NCBI GenBank assembly: GCA_024679065.1 | Contig: JAGIQG010000016.1 | Span: 13,640,001-13,704,000, forward strand | Origin: Sphyrna mokarran | Taxonomy: Eukaryota | Direction: 5' to 3' | DNA length: 64,000 nt | Shown here: positions 53,610 to 64,000 of the stretch, piece after piece | Position numbering within the stretch: position 1 is the first letter of the stretch | Layout: every line of letters starts with the position of its first letter | Notes under the pieces: model-generated | Told to the model about the DNA's origin: nothing | Seen by the model: only the letters and a program-made list of their open reading frames with translations | The model's database searches: none | Translations under genes and position numbers: made by a program

Positions 53610-53900
53610 TTAGGTTATGCAAAGCTGTGAGCTTCTTTCCCCGTTTTGTCACGCCATCTTTGAGAGTTAAATAACGTTTGTTTTTTTATAAATAGAAGAC
53701 CGCGTGAAAGAGAAGATTATAGGTAATCAAAACTATTGCTATAAGAACCAACTCCTGATTGGAATTGCACTTACACACAGCTTATAATGGATATTTACCA
53801 TCTTCCACAATAAATTGTGTGTCAAATACATTTTATTCATAGACTTGTTTTTAGAAATGTCAGAAAAATATATAAAAAAGAAGGGTAAACCAGAACCGGT
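53610..53900 (+). pseudogene. F-BAR fragment Y
   Basis: LGYAKL* resembles LSYAKTW. HFIHRLVFR resembles TFMQPLTLR. Confidence 0.5.
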
Positions 53901-54639
53901 TAGTTAGGAGACTCTGGTGAGGTTCGCGTTCGGAAAGGATTTAGTCTTTAAATATTCCAAGCAACATTGTCAGGAATAACATATCTGTCAACTGGAATGC
54001 GGCTAAAAATCAACAGAATGGATACTCCGATACAAAATTTGAAGCTAAAATAGATGTATTAAGAAGGAGTCAAACACGTTAGCTGCAGTTCAGAGCCTGT
54101 TTACTAATGAATGCTACGAATGGGCAAAGTTGAAAAGATTATGTTTGTACCATTAAATTATATCAATGTAGGAGGGGGCATGCTCGAAATGTAATGTGGG
54201 ATATTAAACGTGTGGAGAGAATATTTCATCGTGTAGAAGAATCTAGAAATAGACGCCACTGTTTAAAAATAAGTGGTCACTCATGGAAGAGAAAGTTGAC
54301 GATAATATTTCAGTCGGTCGTTAAACACAGGACATCGCTTCATCAACAGACAGTGGAAGACGAGTACTGGATACTTTTGTGGCAGCCTAGACATTTGTTT
54401 TGCTTTTAATTTAAGGGATCAACAAAATCATCAACTTTAGTAAGAATGTGAGTTTGCGGTTACATCTTGGAGTACTTTTCTTATGGCATTGATTCGAACG
54501 ATTATCCTCAAATAGAGAAGAAGCCCTGGGGTCAATAGTTAGGAAATGTAGCAGTGTAGGTAGGGTGTCAGTTGTCGCTGAACATGAAAGCTTAGGAATT
54601 AAGTACTAAAAGCTTGTGCTCATATATGGAACATCCAAA

Positions 54640-55880
54640 TGTGGAAGCAGGCAATATATTTCCAAATTTCGTGTAATTACTTATTGGATGTCGTTCCCTA
54701 AAATAATGTTAGGGACGGAATTCAAAGTCATATTGCAAGCAGAGACGATAAATCTTGTTATGAACATGAATTCTGTAAAAGCCTAAAGAATCTGCACGAG
54801 AAAAGTCAACCAAGTCCACTTTAATGCTGCTTAAATCCTGATGATTAAAATGCTCTCTGTGACGATTTTTGTTTAGTTCCTGTGTATCGATTTTCGCCAC
54901 CATCGGAGTAAATCGCATTACAAAGCAATGACATTTCTTGAACGATTCTTAAAAAAAAACAAAGGATATTGGAAAAAAAGAGAGTATGTCCCAATGATTC
55001 AGTTCACATCATTCTCCTCAACGTTCAATTTTCAGAGATTGACTTTTTACGAGAAAATCTGGAAAATAAAGGTGGGACATAAGTGATGAAAATCTTTCAC
55101 ACGATGAATGTCACTGAAAATGCCGCACCGCAGCTTATTATGTACTCATGAAATGCAACATCGCAAGTGGCTATTTTGATTTTGATTTCGTCATTGCTCA
55201 TTTAGCGATAAGCGTTGGTGACTACAGCGGCGGGAGTTGGAGGGTTGGACGGGGGTGCACTGCGACATCATGTTTAACAAAGTTGCCTCTGTCGTGGTCC
55301 CCCAGGACGACAATGTACTTTTAGCTTATTGAATGAGAGTCTGAGCCTTGATTTTCCAGGAAGTAAGACTTTATTCTCCAGCACACGAGAATAAAGCCGG
55401 GATGTCCGGAACACTCCAGTGAAATGCTCACTTACAGCTTGTCTTATAGTTTGCCGATACATGCCCTGAGATTCTTATCTCATCCTCAAGGCTGGCTTAT
55501 CTTTAACCACCATTAGTGCTGGCTCTGCTAATAATTTATCTTGTCGTGGAGTGGTCACTAATCGATGCATTTACTACTCTGTGAAACCAGTTTGTTTATA
55601 CGACAGTTCCGACCTTTGCCGTCACCCCAATAACGTTGTTTATACACAATGGTGGCTTAGCTAGACTTTAAACTAAGTGACAAAGAGAATGTATGTATCC
55701 CATCCCTGTTTTCTGGGCCATAGTGTGACCATTGTTTCTCAAGGTTTAACTGCCTACAGCTGCTTACACTCAATGTTTGATAAATGCTTACTATTCCTAA
55801 TTCAATCACATTAGCCACCATACATTCAATTACATTAATTAACATACTGGGCTCATTATATCCCAGCATCCTGTCCATCG
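54640..55880 (-). pseudogene. Degenerate copy Z (F-BAR to RhoGAP)
   Basis: EHFTGVFRTSRLY resembles VHFQMLCESSKLY. RFTPMVAK resembles EFTQVAK. RADSLGFYRI..KIYRLC resembles RALCLQGIYRV..KTEKLC. Confidence 0.72.
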
Positions 55881-56245
55881 CATGTTGATGAGACTATAGT
55901 TCACATTTTACTGCTGCTACTACAAATATTCCCTCACACCTCACAGCGCCAAGGACATCAAATAGATCCTGGTCTTGGTATCTCTCTCTGTGATGTTTGC
56001 TCCTTCTCAATCTATCTGCGGGGCCTTGGCTGGGCACTCTTGATTTCTCCCGCAGTTCAACGATAGGTAATTCAGCTGGATTAGCTACGTGAATGTGCTT
56101 TTATTTGTGCACATGCCCGGCTATCCTTCATGTGATGCAGTGTCACTTGAACAAAATCTGCTGGCGACAGAGTAGCAAACTGTTTCAAACTAATTACCTA
56201 CAGCAGCAGGCACGTCTATTTTATTGATCCTCAAGTGAAGAAAGG

Positions 56246-58114
56246 TTGCCAGAGGATGGGATCACGAACATGATGGGGATATCACTTCTCTGTCCAGTAA
56301 TCAATGGTGCAGTGTCCCTCAGTGTTGGATTTTCAAAAAGAAAATTGAACTTCTCTGAAAATTTTGAGAACACTATACTGCAGTATGTCGTTGAAGAACA
56401 TTTACTTACTCACTTTCTCCAAATGCTGTCAAGTATGGATACACACAGAATTCGTTGACACAGATTTAATATGACAATTTCCAAATCGAATAACGCATTT
56501 ACTTTCTTTTCGAAACAGCCTCCATTGCTTAGTTTTTTTTTGTTAGCATCTTCTTAAAAATGTTCATCCCAAGACGAATACCTCTCTCCACAGAAGCAGT
56601 TTAACCTTCTTTGCTGAAACGCAAGTAAAAACATTTGTGGTGCGATCGGTAACTACGTGGAACAAATTGTGATATGGAGGTGATGAACATTTCAGAACGC
56701 CTGAATATTATAAAGGACATTGCCTCAGTGTCTTTGGGGTAGACATCTTCCCAACAAATTTCCATTTCAAACGAGCCTGAAACACGTCTTTATTTACACA
56801 GAGGAACAACTGCGGAAGAAAATGAATGGTAAGGTTCAACAATTCATTGTTCCAGGTGCTGATCGGTTGAAGAATATTAGGATTTAGAATGTTCCTACAT
56901 CACGAACATTATGTTTTGAATTTATTATGAATTGAGGTATTACAAGCAATCTCGCTGGGGAAAAAAATCAAATTAAAGGAACAGTCCCAAGCATAGGAAA
57001 AAAAATTGCAGAGCGTTGGTTGTGATGTATTAGAATGTCGGCCTCAGAAATCGGCCTCAGAAAGAATTGCTAATGATGAGTACGCATTTGTTTTAGTTCA
57101 GTGTGGACCCTGAGTGTACTGGAGGCATTGCTAACAAAGGATACATTGTGGGGCGGAAATAAGGCAAACTATAAAGGAGCAGCACAAGGAAATATCGCAC
57201 AATCTTAGATGGGTGAAGGCCGGTCAGCGTTGGAAAAGAAGTTCAAAAGTTGCATCTTCAAAAAGGACAAATGGTAACAATGCGACAGACTCAGCTGAAG
57301 GAATGTTGATATTTTCCAAGTACTTCTGATTGTTCACCGTAGTCATACCAAGAGACTGGCGAGTAATCCCAGGAAGCCTGCGGCATATGGAAAGATGAAT
57401 GTTCTAGTGAAAATCATCGGAGATTCTAGTTGCTTTCTATTCTGTTAACAGAATAATATTCCAGCAAATACAAGTATCATTTCTACATTTTTACCACTCG
57501 ATATCACTGGTTTTCCAACACTTCAATAGAGTTCCCAACCCACTCCCAATTCCCCAACTCGTTGACCTCGCCGTTGACAGTAGTCACACTATCTCCCACT
57601 ACCACAGCTTTAAGATACTCCATTATCAACTGAACAAAGACATACCACCTCTCTTTTCCGAATCCGTCCCAATCTATATATTTGCAATGACTCCATTATT
57701 CAGGGAAGCCGACTCAACCTTTCCCACTACATCTCAGAACCAAACAAAAAAAACGATGTTCCAACGTCGTGCAGTGCCGCTGGATATATTTTTTACACTG
57801 CGCAGAAAACCCGAGGGAGCACGTATTCTACCTTCCACACGCACACCGACGAGATGATGGTTAAATTAGTAAAATCTCTACCATACTGCTATGTCCAGTT
57901 CCTGCCAACTCATGTCTCCATTGAAATCACCACTCCCATGTCACCACTCCACTCAACGACACCGTAAACAAAACACCTCCGCACATTCAGATGTGCTGAC
58001 CGCCCTTGTCTCCTGGCTTAAAAACCCACTCTCTGTGATCAAACTTCCAGTGCCTCCAGCCTGCCAACTGTCAACCTAAACATTATTCTAATTCAATAAT
58101 ATACCTACTTCAAT

Positions 58115-58163
<49 letters not shown>

Positions 58164-58520
58164 CACTGCGTTCATTAACTGACCATAGTTTATGGCATCT
58201 AGTGTAGCAGAAAATGTGGAATGACTTTATTTAGCGCTATTGACCCTCAATGAAATATGTTTATATTTTTCTTTAAATTTCTTAACACACCAGGGACGAA
58301 ATTCAGTACATTGATATTCAGCTCCCATTAAAGTAATTAAAGAAGTGCTGTTCCGTTCCGACTTCGACTATGGTCTAGAACCAACGGAAATTACATTGTA
58401 GGCAAGTAAAACAGCAACATGTGGATACTGGGCTTGAAAACGTTTTATTGCTCCCCGATAAGCAAATCACCACTCACATAAAACTTAGCTTATTTACAAT
58501 CAAATGCACTCTAAAATTAA
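56246..58520 (+). pseudogene. Degenerate copy AA (interrupted at about 57.5-58.15 kb)
   Basis: LTHFLQMLSSM resembles LEELLRVLKSI. KFPFQT resembles FMPLQS. KKIAERW resembles KEIKELW. DEYAFVFSSVW resembles DEYEKAKSSMF. LKKCCS resembles VKKCVC. Confidence 0.62.
58117..58160. repeat. (GT)n microsatellite
   Basis: Perfect GT run. Similar runs occur at 12473-12492 and 53555-53592. Confidence 0.97.
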
Positions 58521-58639
58521 AAGTGTATAGAGCTTGTGCGTTATCCTTAGTGGCTCTGTTTGAATTGAAACACCATTTGTATCCCTAGAATTTAAAGACA
58601 TCCGATCAAAGTGGAGCATGTAACCCCAAGTATTCATAT

Positions 58640-58880
58640 AAAGAACAATGAAAAAGAACAACAGAGCACAGGAAACAGGGCCTTCGGCCCTCCAAGCCTG
58701 CGCCGCTCATGAGTTCAACTGGACCTTTCGTTTGTATCCCTCCATTTGCAGTCTGCCCATGTGACTATCCAGATAAGCTTTAAACGATCCCAGCGTGTCC
58801 GCCTCCACCGCTCTACTTGGTAGTGCATTCCAGGCCCCACCACCTTCTGTGTAATAAAATGCCTTTCTGATATCGGAGCA
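58640..58880 (-). mobile_element. CR1 3' fragment
   Basis: WNALPSRAVEADTLGSFKAYLD plus 3'UTR. Confidence 0.9.
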
Positions 58881-58950
58881 ATTGTTGATACAATTGTACA
58901 TAATAAAGTATTTCCTTCTGCAAAAAAAAAAATCATTCTTGAAGTATCTA

Positions 58951-59282
58951 ACATAGAACAAAGAACAAAGAACAAAGAGCAACACAGCATGGGAAACAGG
59001 CCCTTCGGCCCAACGAGCCCACGCCGCCGTCTTAACGTCCTAATGACATATCCTTGTCTTTAGGCTATGCCTATTGTTGAAGATTCCCATATAGGACCAA
59101 TATAGGGACAATTTGTTACCCAATCAGCCTAAGAGCATATTTTTGGGATGTGGGAGGAAACCGGAGCACCCGAAGGAAACCCACGCAACCACGGGGAGAA
59201 CGCGCAAACTCCCGCAGACACAGGCCCTATTCCATGTGTCAGCACAGCAACAGTGATAGTCTCTGAGCTGTCATGTTGCCAT
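58951..59282 (-). mobile_element. V-SINE
   Basis: (aaagaac)n tail and gtgggaggaaaccggagcacccgaaggaaacccacgca core. Confidence 0.93.
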
Positions 59283-59559
59283 TCAGATGGTCCAGTTTAA
59301 GCATACACTGACGACGTGAAGCACTAGGCAACTCCTGAAGCAACCTCCAAGAGCAGCTCTCGCACGACATGCCGCATGCATGCCACTTGTTGGTCAACAA
59401 GGTGGACCGAATTGCCTGCGGAAACAAATAAGACTTAATTAAACATGCTAAAAAAAAAGACATTCCCGAGACGAAACTAAAAGATAGTCTACTACTATCA
59501 AACAGTCAAACTATCAAACTATCTACTACTATCAAACTATCAAAAATATTCAAACAGTC

Positions 59560-62337
59560 CTGCTATATCCCTCTACCTGCAGACCGCTCATGTGGCTGTC
59601 CAAGAGACCCTGAAACAACCCTAGCGTGCCTGCTCCCACCACCTTACTCGGCAGTGCATTTCACACCCCCACTACCCTTTGTGTGAAAAACTGGCCTCTA
59701 ATATTCGTCTTAAACATAGCCCCCCTCACTCTGAGCCCGTGACCCCTCATTCTATCCATTTCTAAGGGTGGAAAAATCTTACCACCATTTACTCTATCTA
59801 TACCCCTCATAATCTTATATACCTCTAAAAGATCCCCTCTCAACCGACGTCTTTCAAGGGAAAACAACTCCAGTGTTTTCAATCTATCCTCGTAAGACAG
59901 CCCTTCCATACCAGGCAGCATCCTGGTGAATCTCCTCTGCACTCTCTCCAGGGCCTCTACATCCTTCCTGTAGTATGGCAACCAGAACTGGACGCAGTAC
60001 TCCAGATGAGGCCTAACTAACGTTCTATACACCTGCAACATCAGACTCCTACTCTTGTATTCTATACCCCTTCCTATGAAGGCTAACATACCATACGCTT
60101 TTTTTACCACATTCTCCACCTGTACTGACACCTTCAGAGACCTGTGAACTTGCACCCCAGGTCTCTCTGCATCTCTATACTCCGGATAGTTTTACCTTTT
60201 ATCCTATAACTCCCCTCTACATTATTCCGGCCAAAATGCATCACCTCGCATTTATCTGGATTAAATTCAATTTGCCATCTATCTGCCCAATCTACCAGCC
60301 TATCTAGTGGGAAGTTGTGCGTGGAGCCTGAGGAGATTGGAGAGGTACTGAATAAATATTTCTCTTCGGTATTCACGCAGGGTGATGAAAATGTAGTTAT
60401 GGAGAACACTGAGGAACAGGGTAGCAAACTGGAAGGTATCGAAGTAGATAGGGAGGATGTGCTAGATATTCTCGAGGGTTTGAAGTTGGATAAGTCCCCT
60501 GGGCCGGACGGGATTTACCCTAGGATTCTCTGGGAGGCAAGAGAGACGATTGCAGAGCCTCTGGCTCTGATCTTCAGGTCGTCGTTGGTTACGGGTGTGG
60601 TTCAGGAGGACTGGAGGATAGCGAATGTGGTCCCGTTGTTCAAGAAGGGGAAGAGAGACCTTCCAGGGAATTATAGGCCAGTGAGTCTTACTTCTGGGGT
60701 GGGCAAAGTGTTGGAGAGAATAATTAGGGATAGGATTTATAGTTATTTAGAGAGTAATGAATTGATTGGAGATAGTCAGCATGGTTTTGTGAAGGGTAGG
60801 TCGTGCCTTACTAACCTCATTGAGTCTTTTGAAAAAGTGACCAAAGAGGTGGATGGGGGTAAGGCGGTTGATGTGGTATATATGGACTTTAGTAAGGCGT
60901 TTGATAAGGTGGCCCATGGAAGACTTCTGCAGAAAATGCAGATGTAAGGGGTAGAGGGTGATTTAGCTAATTGGGTTAGGAATTGGCTAGCAGATAGAAG
61001 ACAGAGGGTGGTGGTTGATGGGAGATATTCATCTTGGAGTTCGGTGACAAGTGGTGTACCTCAGGGGTCTGTTTTGGGGCCCCTGCTGTTTGTAATTTTT
61101 ATAAATGATCTGGATAAGGGTATTGAAGGATGGATTAGTAAATTTGCAGATGACACTAAAGTCGGTGGAGTGGTAGATAGTGAAGAGGGGTGTTATAGTT
61201 TGCAGAGAGACTTGGACAAGTTGAAGAGCTGGGCCGAGAGGTGGCAAATGGAGTTTAATGTGGAAAAGTGTGAGGTAATGCACTATGGCAGAAATAATAA
61301 ATGTGTAGAGTATAGGTCAAATGGTAGGATTCTTAGTAGTCTAGATGAACAGAGGGATCTTGGTGTGTATGTGCATAGATCCCTGAAAGTAGGCAGTCAG
61401 GTCGAGAAGGTTGTTAGGAAGGCATATGGAGTATTGGCTTTTATTGGTAGAGGGATGGAATTTCGGAGCCGCAACGTCATGTTGCAACTGTACAAAACTC
61501 TAGTGCGGCCGCACTTGGAGTAGTGTGTGCAGTTCTGGTCCCCCCATTATAAGAAAGATGTGGAGGCATTGGAGAGGGTACAGAGGAGGTTTACCAGGAT
61601 GTTGCCTGGTATGGAGGGCAGGTCTTATGAAGAGAGGCTGAGGGATTTGAGGTTGTTTTAGTTAGAAAGGAGGCGGCTAAGAGGGGACCTAATCGAAACA
61701 TATAAGATGATTAGAGGTTAGATAGGGTGGACAGTGATAGCCTTTTTCCTAGGATGGAGAAAGCTAGCACGAGGGGACACAGCTTTAAATTAAGGGGTGA
61801 TAGTTATAGGAAGGATATCAGAGGCAGGTTCTTTACCCAAAGGGTGGTTCGGGAGTGGAATGCCCTGCCTGCAGCAGTTGTAGATGCGCCAAGTTTGTGG
61901 CGTTTAAGAGGTTAGTTGATAAGTATATGGAAGAGAAGGGAATGGTTTAGTTTGGAGGGGCATTGCTTTTTATATTGGTCGGCGCAACATCGAAGGCCGA
62001 AGGGCCTGTTCTGTGCTGTAATGTTCTATGTTCTATCTATGTCATGTTGTTTTGCCAGGCACTGCTCCTCAGTACCCACCAATCCAATCATCTTAGTGTC
62101 ATCAGCAAATTTGCTGATCACACCACCTATCCCCTCTTCCAAGTCATTTATATACACCACAAATAGAAGGGGTCCTAGTACAGCGCCCTGTGGCACACCA
62201 CTAGTGACAGACCTCCAGTTGGAAAAAGATCCTTCCACTACTACCCGCTTTCTCCTCCTCCCAAGCCAGTTCTCAACCCATCTACATACTTGGCCCTGTA
62301 TACCATGCGACTTCACCTTTTCTATCAGCCTACCATA
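59560..62337 (-). mobile_element. Host CR1 LINE (RT fragment), split by a nested CR1
   Basis: 62337-62033 (SGVPQGAVLGP..KFADD..QHDID) continues in frame at 60306 downward (RLVDWADRWQ..VRPHLEYCVQFW). Confidence 0.93.
60307..62032 (+). mobile_element. Young 5'-truncated CR1/HER1 LINE (RT domain), with stops at 60945 and 61521
   Basis: KSPGPDG, NYRPVSL, QHGF, DFSKAFD, SGVPQGSVLGP and KFADD motifs. (ttctatg) tail. Flanked by CTATCTA repeats. Confidence 0.97.
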
Positions 62338-62989
62338 GTATTACGAACAGTTTAAATGGCATTATATTATGTTTATTTTGTTTGTGTTATCATGTATTAT
62401 GTGTTTACGTGGATTATTATGATCTCCAGTTGCTTCAATGCAACCAGCTGAACATCACTGATTTTTAGAAATGGTCATTCCGTAATTTGTAAGGCTATTT
62501 CAATTATTGACATAGTGGGTGTTGCACTCAGAGGTGCTTCGATACAATCGTCATTCCTGTAACAGTCACGTGTACATTGACGAAATCCGTGGAAGAACAT
62601 TAAACGTCCTCCCCTGCATGCATTGATAGCTAAATCATATGAGACGATGAACTTTAGGCACGATGAACATTAGTGTTTTGCTAGCAGCCGAAATACAATT
62701 GGAAGAACACCCCTTGTGACAACAGCGATAAACACTGAACAGGAAGTAGCCATCGTCCTGAAACATATAACTAATTTCCCGCTGTTTTTAGGCATATTTA
62801 GTTCAACGAATATCCGGCAGCCTGTATTCCAGATGCCTATAAACCAGGAACGGCTCATTTCCATGGAGAGGCAGTATGGCTGGACTGAGCTGCCAACGAC
62901 GCATAAATAGATCATTCAATCAGTCCATGGGGAAACAGGCCCTTCACTATTTCCGTCCTCCTCATTGCCAGTTTCCGTCCCCATTCCAT

Positions 62990-63655
62990 CCCCCCATAAG
63001 CTCTCCTGCTCATCTTCTTAAGCCTCCCGTCGCAATTTTCTCCAAATATCCTGTCACCCACCGCTCAGCTGGTCGTTGGCCTATCCAAACCAACTTCTAG
63101 GCCACGTCAAATCGATAGTGCAACATGGCTTGTCGCGATCTCGCCAGCCCCTCCTGGATGGGAAACCCAGATCGACCTCCTCCATTTCTCTCGCACCGAA
63201 AACTATTGCAGAGCTCGCAGCCCCAAAACACTAACAGCGATCCACCCAGCCTCAGTAGGCCCCGTTGGCCCCGTCACTTTTGGACTGCCCGATTTAAAGT
63301 GCATGACTGCCCTTTGGGCAGTGCCAGGGTGCCAAGTGGGAACTTCGTCAGGAGGACAATCTGTTCAAGAACTCCAGAGAGATGAGGCTAGGGGAACGTG
63401 GGTAGCTTAACGGATTTTGTCCCAAACAGTGGGGTGTGCACGCCTGGAACTCTTTAATGCGGAACATCGCCCGCTGACGAGCGGACTGTGGGATGGGATT
63501 GGGGGCGGGGGCGTCGGTTGGCAGTAGGGAGAGAGTAACATTCTTCCATCACTAACCACATGGAAATGTGAAATTCGATGTGGTAATCGGCCTTGCAATG
63601 ATTTCCAGCGGGAGTATGATTACGTCAGAGAGAAAGTTCTCAAAGTCTGGTGATC
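62990..63655. mobile_element. Non-autonomous DNA transposon related to 6325-7600
   Basis: Shared internal motifs with 6730-7190. Confidence 0.45.
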
Positions 63656-64000
63656 GGCTCATCCCCTCCATCCCACCTCCTCCCCCACCCCACCCCCGGC
63701 CCACACAGAACTCCGTATATTTCATTTACTCCATTGGACGTCGAACAAATGAAAATTTATGTTTTTAAAGAATGTGCGCGTACGAAATGGCAGGAAAGTT
63801 TCAAAAAACGGAGGGCGAGTGAGAGAAATAGGGACATTTTGTGTGTGAGCGTATCTGTGTGTTGGAGTGACAAAAAGTGAGTGAGCGAATATGAGAGCGG
63901 GAGGCAGCTTGTCAGTGAGACAGTGACTGACTGACAGTGGAAGATAAACGGAGAGAAAAACAACGAGGCAGAAAGTGAGACAGATTGATAAAGCGAAAAA

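Noticed and set aside
1-64000. CRISPR arrays or prokaryotic systems
   Set aside because: Vertebrate repeat landscape with no repeat-spacer array or operon structure.

Overview
Eukaryotic, repeat-rich DNA, almost certainly from a cartilaginous fish (elasmobranch). It carries CR1/HER1-type LINEs, V-SINE/HE1-type SINEs, a degenerate autonomous PIF/Harbinger transposon, a Penelope-type inverted repeat with a hammerhead-like core and a decayed retrovirus-like pol. I found no intact protein-coding gene. The main observation is that most of the apparently unique sequence between the TEs translates, through stops and frameshifts, into more than 20 highly diverged, apparently intronless copies or fragments of one gene of the ARHGAP29/ARHGAP45(HMHA1)/GMIP family (N-terminal helical domain, F-BAR, C1, RhoGAP). 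The copies lie on both strands as units of roughly 2-3 kb. All homology calls were made by eye against remembered human protein sequences, with no search run, and boundaries are approximate.
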